64,000 nt of DNA from the human T2T-CHM13v2.0 reference genome, Homo sapiens: the NCBI RefSeq assembly GCF_009914755.1, contig NC_060928.1. One strand, 5' to 3'. A program made the position numbers and the translations under genes. Below are positions 12,814 through 27,597 of this stretch, one piece after another; within the stretch, counting starts at the first letter, position 1; the number at the start of each line of letters is the position of its first letter. The notes under the pieces are model-generated. The model saw only the letters and a list, made by a program, of their open reading frames with translations. It did not search any database and was not told the DNA's origin.

Positions 12814-13051
12814 TAGGTTGAGTATCCCTAATGAGAAAATTCAAAATCTGAAATGCTTCAAAATCTGAAATTTTTCGAGCACAGACATGATGCTCAAAGG
12901 AAATACTCACAGAGCATTTTACATTTGTAGGTTAGCGATACTCAACAAGTAAATATAATGCACATGTTCTAAAATATCCCCCCAAACCCCAGCAATCCAA
13001 AACACTTCTGGTCCTAAGCATTTTGAGTAGGGGATACTCACTGAACCTGTA
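12814..13051. mobile_element. Tigger4/MER46-like non-autonomous DNA transposon in 3' UTR
   Basis: Terminal inverted repeats aggttgagtatccct ... ggggatactca..acctg; internal aaatctgaaatgct repeats. Confidence 0.7.
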
Positions 13052-14333
13052 TATTTGTGCTAATACATGACTCATTAGAATGATTCTTTGTAAACTTAAT
13101 ATTTTAAAAGTACAGCACTTCTGTAGTATGGAAGGTTTCAGTAATAATTATATTCATTCAGTAGTCTCTTACCATTATCTCCCAGATGGAAAAAGAGGAC
13201 TAATGTGGAAACCCCAGAGGGTGTCCAGTTGGACCAGGGAGATATTAGACACTTAACAGTATTTTCAGTCTGTCCATCTCTTTATTCCAATGTGAGAAAT
13301 GGAAGTGTTTTTTTTTTTACGTTTATTGGCTCTTCATATTTCTCTACATTATTTTTAATGTGCAGTTTCTTCAATTGGTTAGTATTTCCATACTATTTGC
13401 AACTTTATGGCCTTTAAATATAGGACATATTATATAGCAGAAATTTTGACTTTAAATCCTCTTGAGTAGTATATTTTGAGAAGAAAAGCTATACTGCTCT
13501 TCTGGATGGTTTCCATCCTTTATTTAGGTCTTTTCTTTTTGAATTCAAGTGTTTTGTATGCTTAGAAAGTAGACATGTATAATATTGAGATCGGTTATTT
13601 CTGAGCTGGAAATTGGAAACTTTGGAAACTCAGGAAATTGCTCTGACAATGTTTTAACTGCTCTCAATTTAAGAAAATGACGAAATGTATAAAAAAGACA
13701 AAAATAACGTGTGCTGTTTTTTCCAAGTGCTTTTTCTAAGTGCTTTTCCATTGTGCAATGAGGTGAAGTTTGGTAATTTTTCGGTGTAGTAGTTAAATAT
13801 TGCTCAATTTTTATTTACATGTAAAGAAAACAGATTTAAATGTTTATGTGGCCAAAAGGTGTCATTTAAAAGGTAAAATAAGTTTATGTAGAATGTATGT
13901 TCATGGTGCTTATTTTTAAAATGTAATTCAAGTTTACAGTATTACTTAATGCTTCTTTACAGAATTTAATAGAGAAACAAGGCTAGAACACATCTACATC
14001 CTGAAGAGCCGTTTATAACTTCATATTATATGATGACAAAGTTCATTATTTTCCTTAAAGTTGAGCAATTGACTTTTATGGTCCAATGATGAACTTATTA
14101 TTAATAAATGATTGAGTTAACTGTGAGGCTTCTCATTAAAATACAATATTGCAGCTATCAGTTGGAGAATATATTATAAAATTTTCAGACAGTATATCAG
14201 AAAAATGTTTTTATTTGTACTGTATAGAAAATGTAATTTTGCTGTTAACTCTGTACTTTTTAAATTGAAAATGTTTTATAAATTTGCTTTTAAATTTTCT
14301 TATGAAGCCATTTGCAAATTACATACTTAATTT

Positions 14334-14339
14334 AATAAA
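14334..14339 (+). terminator. N4BP2: Distal polyadenylation signal of N4BP2
   Basis: AATAAA with U-rich/TGTA elements upstream and gtgtg/GT-rich sequence downstream. Confidence 0.7.
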
Positions 14340-14615
14340 ATACTTTAGCCACAGTCCAGTGTGAGGAAATCCTTCATTTGATGTATTAGAGTTAGTGGGT
14401 TAAATATTTTAAAATATTTTCATGTCTAACTTTGTAATTTCAGGGGGAAAGTGTCATGAAAATTTTATTTCTGTACCAAAACTTTTCTTCTGGTTTACGT
14501 TTTCTGTAGCAAATAAGAGTCTACTTTTGAACCAGATAAATGGATTGGCTATGGTTTCTCTCCTCACACCCTGTATCTTTTAACTGATATCAAAATTAAG
14601 AATTATATCTCTTAG

Positions 14616-14883
14616 AGGCCAGACGCGGTGGCTTATGCTTGTAATCCCAGCACTTTAGGAGGCTGAGACGGGCAGGTTGCTTGAGGTCAGGAGTTTGAGA
14701 CCAGCCTGGCCAACATGGTGAAACTCTGTCTCTACAAAAAATTAGCCAGGCATGGTGGCATACACCTGTAATCCCAGGCATGAGAACTGCTTGAGCCTGG
14801 GAGGTGGAGGTTGCGATGAGGCGAGATTGTGCCACTGAGCTCCAGCCTGGGCAACAGAGTGAGACCATCTCAAAAAAAAAAAG
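14616..14883 (+). mobile_element. Alu with internal deletion
   Basis: Alu consensus lacking ~17 nt after cctgtaatcccag. Confidence 0.88.
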
Positions 14884-15982
14884 AATCTCTTAGAGACTCA
14901 AGTAATGCTTTAAATAATATTAATGACCTTGGAACTTTATATTCGAGTCCAAAGCAGAATTCACTCATTTTGCAAGGACTTAAAAACATTTATCTAACAA
15001 ATATTTAGAGCACTCGTTACTGGGGTTACAGGGTAAATGCGATAGAGCTTTTATCCAGAATTATAATTATTCTTATCAACTCCTATGTATATAGTGACTT
15101 ATACTATGGGATACTCTCGTATATGTTATATTTTAAATCTCAAGAGAATTTTATTACATAGGTAGTGCTATCCCAATTTAATGAATAAAGCCACATAGAC
15201 TTAGAGAAGTTAACTGGTTTGCTGTTTAATGTCAGAGGTATAACTTGAACCACATTCTCTGACTCCTAATATGGAGCAGCTGCATTTGTCCTAAGAGAGA
15301 ATAGTTACTTATAAAGAGATAATAGTCTACTGTTCTCTCCAGAGAGTTGTGGCTCCACAGTATATGTCTTTGAAAACCTACCATTTATGATTCTGCCTTC
15401 TTCCTTTATACGAAAGCTGGTACTTTGGAAAAACCCAAAATACTAATGGCAAAAGGTAAAAGTTTATTTCTTTCTTCCTATAAAATCCCAGGGATAAAAA
15501 TTCCAGGACTGCTTTACTTGACGCTTTTGGGAATCTAGGAAAGTTCATCATTCTGCCATACCCAAGATAATGGCCCTCATTTTCCTAGGCCAGGGTGGGT
15601 GGCTACATCTCTAACTGTCACATCTGTATTCTGCTGGAGGAAAGACAAAGAAAAAGGGAGCAAAAGGCAAGTGCCAAGTGGTCTTAAAGATGGTTTTTGG
15701 AACCTGCCGTAGGACACTTCTACTTACGTCCTATTGACCAGAACCTAGTCATGTCATATCTAGCTGCGAGGGAGGCTGGGAAATTTTCTATTTCAGACTG
15801 CCATGTTCTGCTGAAATTTGGTATTCTCTTGGAGGAAAGAGAATGGATATTAGGAGAATGAATAGCAGTCTCTGCCACATCATTTTTTATCATTATATGC
15901 AAATAATGTGAAAATTAGTTCTCGATGCATTGATGACTTCTGAGTGTTAGGAATCAAAAAAAGGAAATCACAGTTGTTGTTG

Positions 15983-16220
15983 TTTTTTTTTTGAGATGGA
16001 TTCTCACTCTGTCACCCAGGCTGGAGTGCAGTGGTGCAGTCTCCCAAGTAGCTGTGATTACAGGCACCCACCACCATGCCTGACTCATTTTTGTATTTTT
16101 AGTAGAGATGGGGTTTCAGCATGTTGCCCAGGCTGGTCTCGAATTCCTGATCTTAGGTGATCCATCCGCCTCAGCCTCCCAAAGTGCTGGGATTACAGGT
16201 GTGAACAATCACACCCGGCC
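15983..16220 (-). mobile_element. Alu with ~54 nt internal deletion
   Basis: gcagtggtgcagtctc joined directly to ccaagtagctg. Confidence 0.88.
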
Positions 16221-16393
16221 AGGGAATTTTATTCGGGGAGGATTGCTGTATATGATCCTGTTCTAGCCTCAAGTAGGAAAAAACTAAATGACACGGACTA
16301 GCTTAATAAGTGCTAATGGCAGGAAGTACATTAGTCAAAACATGTTTTTGGCATTGCTACATTAGCCCGCCCTATTTAATATAGGATATATGT

Positions 16394-16750
16394 ACAGATG
16401 GTCTCCCACTTAGGATGGTTTGACGTATTTTTCGATTTTGTGATGGTGTGAATGCCGTATGCGTTTAGTAGAAACCATCCTTCAAAGCATGAATGTTGAT
16501 TTTTCTTGTGCTGGTGATGGGCTAGTGATATGTGGTGCAATACTCGCCTGTGATGTTGGGCAGTGGAGCGAGCTGCAGCTCCTAGTCAGCCACGCTAACG
16601 TTAACTTTCCTAAGCACATTTAAGGTAGGCTAGGCTAAGCTATGATGTTCAGTAGCTTAGGGGTATTGGATGCATTTTCCACTTAAAATATTTTCAACTT
16701 ACAGTGAGTTTATTACATAAGTGACCCCATTGTAAGTTGAGGAACATCTT
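16394..16750. mobile_element. MER47/Tigger5-like DNA transposon
   Basis: TIR-like cagatggtctcccactta ... taagttgaggaacatct flanked by TA. Confidence 0.65.
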
Positions 16751-18321
16751 TATTTCACATGCATTTCTTAGTTAGAAAACTCAGACTGACTCCCTAACTG
16801 GGAGAGTTGGGGAAACAAAAGATTCCAGATGAAAATACTAAACACACACTAAAAACACTGCATAGTTGATAAAGGGGCTTAGGTCAGAAATCTAAGTGAG
16901 AATATTAGAGGCACTTTTGCAAAAGGTGCCTCTGCTCCTGACTCATGTTAAGTTTTAGTTTTCAGTTTTGGGGTGGAGGGACAGATGACAAAGGACAGCA
17001 GACTTAAAGACTAAGACACTCCATAAACCTAACACCCCACAGAGCTTTATCCTCAGTGGGGATGGGGATGAATAAAACAATTTCGCCCTCCTTCCCACCC
17101 CCAGAAGGACTGCAAGGAATATTGTCTTGGCATGAGCAGAAGAGACCAAAAACTCAATCAATCAATCCTGACAAGTTAAAATCACTACTGGCCCTCACAG
17201 AATAACAGCCCGAAGTCATAACACCTAGAGTAGGCAAAAAAATGAGAAGTCGAGAATTGAATTGGTAGAGGTCTTGGCCTGATAATGCCGCCACTAGCTG
17301 CCTGACAAAGGCAAATGCAAATTTTCTCAGAGAGAATGCACCCTCATCTTGGAGAATTAGATCTGATCAAGGCTGTAGATCCAACAACCAATTTACAGGG
17401 ATTACAGAGGACACAGGAATATGTGAGACATCAGGATGCAATTACCAGGATAGACTGGGAAACTGACAACACAATTTCTTTAAATAAGTTGAAGATAAAA
17501 TAAAACCACACAGGTGGAGGGAGAACTTACCCATTGAAACAAAAGAGGCTTATACCAGTTGCAATTTGTGGACCTTTTTTGGGTACTGGTTCAGCAGAAA
17601 AACTTGACAATCACACGACAGTTGGCATTGTGAACATTGACTTGATAATTAAAGAACAATTGTTTTTTAGGAATGATGTGGTTGTATTTTTAAAAGGATC
17701 TCTATTTTTAAAAAAGAGATACATGCTGAAATATGTACGTAAAATGATACGATGTTAGCAATTCAAAATAAGATGGAGCAAGTGGCTGTGGGTACTTAGG
17801 AAACAAGATTGCCCATAAGTTGGTAAATGGGAAAGATAGATGTTTATTATACTAGAATGTCTACTTTTGAATGTATTCAAAGCTCTATAAAAAAGGATTT
17901 TTAAAAAGTTGATGGAAGAGCTGGAGAAGTGGATTCTAGACCTGGCTCTGGGGATGAATTCCAGAATGCTGCAGAATTAACCTGCATAGTAGCTGCTACG
18001 TCTGCCGTAATTTAAAGGTGAGGAATCAGGAGGCCCCCATGGCACTGTTGCCACAGCTGTCTCTTAACCATTCTCAAAGCTGGTGACTAGGCACCAGAAA
18101 AGTGTTGTAGAAATAGTCTCCATCATTTGCCTTTTGAACAGAATGAGCCGTACCAGTGGATAGATGGCCTCCACCTTACTTATGCCTCCGAAATCTCACT
18201 GGAGTGTATCTAATTGGTAGAAACTATTGTATTCTAATATATATAGAATTTTACCTTCATCAAAGATCTGGGAAATGTTCTTTTAAACTTTACGGAAAGG
18301 CTCATTAGAAGTAGAGCTGGG

Positions 18322-18572
18322 GCTGGGTGTGGTGGCTTATGCCTGTAATCCCAACACTTCTGGGGGCGAAGGCAGGCAGATCACTTGAGGTCAGGAGTTC
18401 AAAACCAGCCTGGCCAACATAGTGAAACCCTGTCTCTACTAAAAATACAAAAATTAGCAGGTGTGGTGGCACATGCTTGAAACCAGGAGGTAGAGGTTGC
18501 AGTGAGCCAAGATAGTGCCACTGCACTCCAGCCTGGGTGACAGAGTGAGACTCTGTCTCAAAAAAGAAGAAG
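18322..18572 (+). mobile_element. Alu with ~42 nt internal deletion
   Basis: gtggtggcacatgc joined to ttgaaacc; TSD agaagtagagctgg. Confidence 0.88.
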
Positions 18573-18817
18573 AAGTAGAGCTGGAGGATGAGTATCAAAT
18601 GCTCATATTTGCTACACCGATGATACTTGTCCAACCAGGTATAGAAATAAAATGGCTTGACATATTAGTCACAAAAGCATTGCATGTCAACTGGGATATT
18701 TAGAGGTATGCCAGGGAGTACCCCAAGTCCAGGATAAGCTTAGGATATATTTCAGGAGCACTGGTTTTACTCAATGGCAAATAATACACATTATTATTTA
18801 ATGTAGCTTATTGGTGT

Positions 18818-19040
18818 ATGTATTAGGGTTCTCCAGAATGAATAGGAGATAGATAGGGGATTTATCAGGAGAATTGGCTCCTGTAATTTTGGAGGCTGAG
18901 AAGTTCACACCAGGCCATCTGCAAGCAGGAGAACTAGGGAAGCCAGTAGCATGGCCAAGTACAAGTCTGAAGGCCACAGAGCCAGGGAAGCTGATGGTAT
19001 CTTTCAGTTCAAGTGTGAAGTTCTCAAAATCCAAGGGGAG
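18818..19040. mobile_element. MLT2-type LTR fragment
   Basis: tgtattagggttctccagaa...gaattggctc...ggaggctgagaagttc. Confidence 0.6.
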
Positions 19041-21365
19041 AGGACCCCATGTGGGCCTCTCCAAAGGCTGCTTGAGTGTCCTTACAACATGGTGGCTGGT
19101 TTCTCCAGAACAGGTAATCCAAGTGAGCAAAACAGAAACTGCAGTACCTTTTATGACTTAGTATTGGAAGTTTTTTGCAGTTATCTGCCAAATTGTTTGT
19201 TAGAACCAAGCCATTAAATTCAGCTAACTTTGAAGCACAGGAGAATTAGCTCTACCTTTTGAAGGATACAATGTCAAAGGATTTGTGTATGTATTTGGAA
19301 GCCATTATGTTTACTATGAACTAGGCACCACTGGGTACTTTGCAAATGTACCTAGTATAATCATAACCACCCGCTGGGGTAGGTATTATTGCCCACATGG
19401 CCGACATTGTTGTCTTACCCAACAGTTATTCTTTCTATTACAGCTCTTTTTGTTCAGGCATCTGGTGGCAGTGGGCTCAGGGAAGATCAACCCCTCTGTA
19501 GCTCCTGCAGGTGAATTTTGATTGGTGGAAAAGCCAATCATGGCAATGCCATTTCCCCTTGCCAGTGATTAGTTGGAGGATGGATATATGATCATACCAA
19601 CAAGAATTCTGCTAGATTGGTTCTGGGAAAGGTTTTCCTCACGAATACAGAGAAACACATAGGAAGAAATGCATTCTTGTTCAGCAAGACTTTGTGTCTG
19701 TATGTGATGTCTGGAATTGCAGTTGCCTTGTTGAAACCATGAAGAGACAAACCTAAGGCCCAAGCCAATGTGCTAAGGATGGTGAGTGTAGAGAAGAAAA
19801 ACCCTCTGTTCTTGATGATGTCATTGAGCCCCTGAATTAACTAACCCTGGAACTGACCTTTAGTGGCCTTGTTATGAGAGACAATAAGCTGCCTTTGTTT
19901 GGGTTTTGTGTTACACCTGGAAGCATCCTAATGATTTGATATACCCCTTTTTACAGACTAGGAAACATGTTCAGAGAGATTATAGAATTTGCGAAATCTT
20001 TCCCGGCTATTAATAGCAGAGCCGGGTTTCAGACTGAGATGTCTATGTTCTAAGCACCTGGTCTTTTATCAGTTAAGTGACTTTTCTCCAGCAATTCTCA
20101 GGAATCAGAGAGGAGAAACAGAGACATCAGTTGGTTTCAGCAGAGGTAGTGATTGGCGGATAGGTATGGGAAGGGTTCAGTGTGGGAAGGAAAGGAGACA
20201 AAATTCACGATGCTGTATGTGTAAGGTTGAAAAGCTTGACTGTGAGATACAGGCTGGTAAGGAGTCAAGTGGAATCCAGAGGGGGCTGATAGACTGGAAT
20301 AGTGGAGGTGAGCAGTGAAGGTATAGTTGAGGAAAGAACAGATTCAGAAAGTTTGAGGGGGAGGGAAAGTGGAAGGAGGTTGTAGGAAGGAACCTTGAGA
20401 ACTTCAGAGTTCAGAATATTAGGATGTGGGTATTTGTTCCTAAGGGAGTTTGATTTGTGGCTGAGCATGGAGATGATGGTAGTCGGAGTGGAGAAGGTCA
20501 CAGAATTGATACCAAATTTCTGGATCATCCACTTTGTGTACATATTACCTAGAAAAGTGACAAGCAGTGCAGTAGAGAGGAAGATTGAAAGCCAGTCTGC
20601 TGGAAGTCTGGGTGAAATAAAAATGTTTTCTTTATTTGCGTGGTCTCCATTCTTCACATGGATAGGATCTGACTCAACACAGCCCCATGTTGAAGAAAGA
20701 ATTATAAGGATTAATCTGTTTTAATCTGCTGCTTTGTCAAGACTGGAGAGACGAGATAGATAGGGTCACTGGGAGGGGCTGAAAGGAGAGAGTCATGAGA
20801 AATGGAGTTTCCTAGGTCTTTCTGAAACAGTTCTTTGCAGCGGGACCTCACTGTTTTGTTTGAAGTTGCTTCTTGCCTATTTATTTAATCCATCTGAATT
20901 TATGAAAACCAACAAAATAGGCTTATACATTGCCCATTATTTCAGATTATTGTGGTTTCCCTATTTATTTAAACAATTAAAGGCAACTCTGCTGATCTCT
21001 TTGCTGAGACTCTGAAGACTCTGGTGATCTCTTTGCTGAGCTGTAGAGTAAGAAGAGCTCACTGTCTTCTTAAGCTCTGGGCTACGTTTTTCTTTTCATT
21101 GTTCTGTCCTTTCTTAGATAAAATTATATTTTTTTTCAAAAATAATTTTTGGCAGTGGGTTACATAGGAATTTATTTTTAAAGTACCTTATTAATTTTGT
21201 TACCTTCATAGAATCATTAGCTAGAATATCTGAATATAGTTGTCTCTTATATTTCTTGGTTCCTGTCCTTAGAGTCATGTTAATAGTTTTAGGTCATATT
21301 CCTGTGATTTTATTGTAAGCTAGCTCAAATCTTTTTTTGGAAATAGGATAAAAATCAATCTGTAC

Positions 21366-21642
21366 TTTTTTTTTTGACTTGCTCTATCACCCAGGCTGGA
21401 GTACAGTGGCACAATCACAGGCCAGTGCAACCTCTGCTTCCCGGGCTCAAGCAATCCTCGTGCCTCAGTCTCCTGAGTAGCTAGAACTACAGGTGTGCGG
21501 CACCATGTCTGGCGAATTTTTGTATTTATAGTAGAGATGGGGTTTTGCCATGTTGGCCAGGCTGGTCTTGAACTCCTGGCCTCAAGTGATCCACCTGCTT
21601 TGGTCTCCCAAAGTGCTGGGATTACAGGTGTGAGTCACTGTC
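21366..21642 (-). mobile_element. Alu
   Basis: Antisense Alu consensus. Confidence 0.88.
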
Positions 21643-22508
21643 TCTACTTTTAAGAGAAAAAGAAGCAAGGTGCAAAAGGGTACTCACAGGATGATCCATT
21701 AGTGTGTTTTTTAAAAGGATATGTATAGATAGATCCACTGATATACTATACATCTCTATGTACGTGTGTGTGTGTATATGTATATATAAATGCAAACCCA
21801 CACATAGAGTGAATAGAATAGATTCTGGGCCCCTTATGACTCAGTTTCAAAGGATGTCATGTTCAGAAGTCAGTATTCCTCAAAGAACTTATAGGAAACA
21901 TTTGTGTTTTATATAGCACAAGTTGAAATTAGTTTTCCCTTCATATTCTTTCTGTCTTCCATTCTTATATTCCGTAGATACCCCAAAGCCTCTGTCTCTA
22001 TTTCTTCCTCTCCTCCTTTCACCAAAACCCTCCCTGATGTCTCTACCACTGCTGGGCCTTATCTATCTCCCTTCCCATTTTCTTTCTGTTTTCTTCTGCC
22101 TAGTGAATAGTTCTGGGCCTTTTGCATATAAATCTCTCATCTCAGCTTCCTTGGTTCTTCTCATAGAACACACCTCCCTCCCATTTGTTTTATCTACACA
22201 ATAAGACAATGGAAGGTGGGGGTGTAGCCAGTGGGAAGTGGTCAGGATGCCAATATTGGAATCTTTTTCTTTGTTAGTAGGCAGGAGGAAGGAAGCTACA
22301 AATACCCCCACAGTAATAAGTTTTTTCCCTGTTTCACATGAAGAATTTCTGAAGGATTCTGTAAGAAACTGAACAGCAGGCTATCTGGCGGGATAGGCCT
22401 GTGGGGTCAGAGGTAGGAGAATTAGATTTTGCCTTCATTGTCTGAACTGTTTTTGTTTTAAAACTATATATATTACTATTAGAAAGTCATTAAAAAATAG
22501 AGATAATT

Positions 22509-22818
<310 letters not shown>

Positions 22819-24819
22819 TTAATAGATGCACTTTTTATTTTAAAATTTTGTGGGTACATTGTAGGTGTATACATTTATGGGGTACATGAGATATTTTTGA
22901 TACATGCATGCAATGCATATTAATCACATCGGGGTAAATGGGATATCCGTCCCCTCAAGCATTTATCCTTTGTGTTACAAACAATTCAGTTGTTTATTTT
23001 AAAATGTACACTAAATGATTGTTGACTGTAGTCACCCTTTTATGCTATTAAATACTAGATCTTATTCATTCTAACTACACTTTTACATTTTGAAACATAG
23101 TGAAAATGTCATACTTGATATTAGAGTGAATTATTCAGTGTACACATTATATGTATTTTAATATGTTTCTCTTTAGGCTGCCTTCTAGTACCAAATGTTA
23201 TAATCAGATAATTGACCTGGTGTTTGTGGTGATCTGATATTATCAGGAAAAGCATTACTCTGCCTTTTTAAACTCTTAAATTGATACAACTGCTGGAAGA
23301 AGGGAGGACAGATCCAAGAGATCTAATTTGTATATAATGGGAGTTCCAGAGTGAAATACAAGAGAAAAGCCAGATTTAATAGAAGTAAATTTCCTGAGCT
23401 GAATAAAGCCTTATATTTGCAGGTTGAAAGTGTTCACTAAATTCTAGGCAGGATTGATGAGAAAAGGCATACACCTAAACATACTCTGACAGAATTCCTG
23501 AATCTCAAAGTTAAAGAGAAAAATATATAAGATTCCAGACAGAAAGAAGTTATTTGCAATGGGAAAAGAATTGGACTGGTATCAGACAGTGGAATCATAT
23601 CTATACCTGTTAAGAGAAAAGGAAAGTAACCAAGAAGTCTCTTTCCAGCCAAGCATCATTCACCTGCCAGAGTGAAAGGGATGCAGAAAGGATTCCAAGA
23701 ATCTATCATCTGCATATCCCCATCTGAAGAAACTGAAAAGAGGACTGTAACTAAATAACAAATTAATGAGAATAGAGACTTCAAGAAATGAGAAGGTAAA
23801 GTAGAAAGGGAAGATGATGAGTGAACAATAAGCCTTGTAATATACATGGGTATGTATCTTAATGTACTTGGATGATGATGAAATGACTGAAAATGTGTAC
23901 TATACGTGTTAAATAAAGACTCTTAAGATAAATGAGACTCATCTAACTAGAGCCTGGGAGTAAAAGTTACAATTTTTCTCAGCAAAACCTAAGAGGTGGT
24001 ATTGGAGGAAAGGGAGGAAGAAGTAAAAACATTCTAAAAGTTTTATCTTATTGGGTGGAGGGAAAGCATCAAGGAATAGAGTAACTTGGTGGGGAAATAG
24101 TATATTCTTACATAATAGTAATAAAATATGTGTTTGATGATGTGTATTAAAAAAACATAACCACTAGTGGAGTGGGAAAGCATAGTGTCATTTTGAAATT
24201 ATAAGAGGAAACAAAGGAATAAATTGTAACTTGATCATACCAGTATATATAAAGAAAAGGAAAAAAGAAAATTAATGAGGTAAGTTTAATAGTAAATATA
24301 AGCAAGAGAGAAGGAATAAAATGAAGAATATCAGTGATTATATTAAATGTAAATGAGCCCAATTTTCCTATCAACAGACAGAGACTATCAGAATGGATTA
24401 AAAACAAACCCAGTGAATATGTTGTTTACAAGAAACACACTTAGAGTGATAAAGAAGTATTTAAAGCAATTGGAAAAGCAATACTACAGATATATAAAGA
24501 GATTAAAAATTAGGAGAGGCAATATTAATATCAGAAAAGGTGGGACAAGCTATTAATGAACTAAACAGGGAGAAGAACAGTGCCTATAAAAGACAATATT
24601 TGAAGATAAGCACCAAACAATATCATAAAGATATAAATCAGAAGATTGTTATAAATATAAGGATAACATCATAAAAATGAAATTTATGGATTTTACACCT
24701 TTTTCAGAACTAGACAGATCTAGTAGACAAAAAATAGGAGACCACAGAAATCAATTGACCTACTTGCTTTAATAAATATATATAGAATTATACATTCTTC
24801 AGAGAATAAATATGTATAT

Positions 24820-25512
<693 letters not shown>

Positions 25513-25784
25513 TTAAATTTCACATTATTTGATGAAATTAGAAGTAAATTAATGAAATTAGAAATATATAAAAGATTTAAAAATAATTATTTGAAATTTG
25601 AGACTGCCCTCCTAAATAATCATTGGATCAAATTAGAAACTGAACTGAAATGATAAACTTTGTAAAGAAAAAAAGGGAAACTCGACATAACCAAACCTAC
25701 AAAAGCCAGCAAGAGCTGTATGTAAAGTACATAAAGATTGGAAATTCAGTGCTCATCTTTAAAAAAAAAAACAAAAAAAAGGAA

Positions 25785-26081
25785 GCTGGGTGTGGTGGCT
25801 CTCGCTTGTAATCCCAGCACTTTGGGAGGCCGAGGTGGGTGGATCACCTGAGGTCAGGTGTTCGAGACCAGCGTGACCAACATGGTGAAACCCCATCTCT
25901 GTTAAAAATACAAAAATTAGCTGGGCGTGGTGGCAGGCGTCTGTAATCTGAGCTACTCGGGAGGCTGAGGCAGAGAATTGCTTGAACCTGGGAGGCAGAG
26001 GTTTCAGTGAACTGAGATTGCACCATTGCACTCCAGCCTGGGTGACAGAGCAAGACTCAATCTCAAAAAAAAAAAAAAAAA
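25785..26081 (+). mobile_element. Alu
   Basis: Full dimer. Confidence 0.9.
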
Positions 26082-26436
26082 GTAAAATAACCATAAAAGA
26101 AAATAGAGGAGGAAATTAAGAAAAGACTCATATTAATGAAATTTAGAAAAGATAAAAAAATCTCTGAAAAAAGAGAAACGTCTTATGAATTTGAGGGTAA
26201 AAAGCTTTTAAAAATTAAAATATACATTTAACTCAATAATTGTGTCTATAATTTTCATGGAAATAAAAACATAAATTTCAAGATATATACCCTTAATCAT
26301 TCAGTTTTTTTAGGGGGCCTACTTACTATGTACACTGGTCATCCCAACTTAAGAGTCCATTGTGGTAATATATTTAAAGATTACAAATAAAAAAGAAAAT
26401 GAATTAGGTAGTTGTCTAATAAGAGCACATGCAGGA

Positions 26437-26750
26437 TGGCCGGGTGTGGTGGCTCACGCCTGTGATCCCAGCACTTTGGGAGACTGACGCAGGCAGATCA
26501 CTTGAGTTTAGGAGTTGAAGACCAGCCTCGGCAACATGACGATACCCTGTCTCTACAAAAAATACAAAAATTAGCCGGGTGTGGTGGTGCGTGCCTTTAG
26601 TCCCATGCGCCACCACAGTCCCACTCTACTTGTGGGGTGCTGAGACAGGAGGATAGCTTGAATCTGGGAGGTTGAGGCTGCAGTGAGCTGAGTGGTGCCA
26701 CTGAACTCCATCCTGGGTGACCAAGTGAGACCCTGTCCCCCAAAAGAAAA
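26437..26750 (+). mobile_element. Alu (AluJ-like) with small internal insertion
   Basis: TSD agcacatgcagga on both sides. Confidence 0.88.
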
Positions 26751-27597
26751 AGCACATGCAGGAGCTCAGTGGACCTCATCCATTTTTGTGTTCTAATTGG
26801 AAATTGTTGACTACCTTTTTTCAGCTGTATCTTTTTGGCCAGATGTTACCAAATGAGATCATTTCCTGTTCAATAGCTCTATCAGGTTATGCATTAACTT
26901 AAATGATTGAGTTAATATGTCATGGGCCATTTAAGACAGTGCAATTGTATTTCACATATCCTCATTTTGCTCAATGATGTATTTTCTATTTTGGTTCCTC
27001 TTTGATATGTTGGAAAGGGATTGAAACTAGGAGATAAGTGATATGGAAAAGGCTTTTACATGTTTATGATTGAGAGATTTATTTACTTTCTTGGCAACTT
27101 GTTTGAGAATACAGTTTTAATATTTCAGCAAAAGCAGATTGGTGTATATTTTATTTAGGGATGCCCAGTTTAATGATTGTATCAGTTATATTGGAGTTTG
27201 GTCAAGGCATTTAGGTATATTTAGCCTATCTTGCTAGGTTGCATATTTAAAGGACTGGGCTTCCACTTTTCTCAGTCTATCTTCTGCCCTTCGCAAGTTC
27301 TTCCAACGTGAAGTGCCAGGGCATGCTGTCACTTTCATCGTTTGTCCATCCCTTCTGCCAAAAACTAGCCAGGAAACCAGGAGACGAGCTCTAGGAGAAG
27401 GCTGCCAATACCACTGGCAGAAAGAGAGTGCCATCTTGTTTTCTACTTATTGCTGTTGAGCCTGGTGTTGGTGCTACCTTTGCTTCCCAGGGTAATGCTG
27501 TGTGGTGATTCCCGTGCAACATGGCCAGAGAAGCATTTCAGTGTTGTCTGATGACACTTAGGTTCAGCTTTGGATCATCCCCTGTGATGTGGCTGGG

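Noticed and set aside
17315-17322. Isolated octamer ATGCAAAT
   Set aside because: Sits in decayed L1-like sequence with no accompanying motif cluster; expected by chance.
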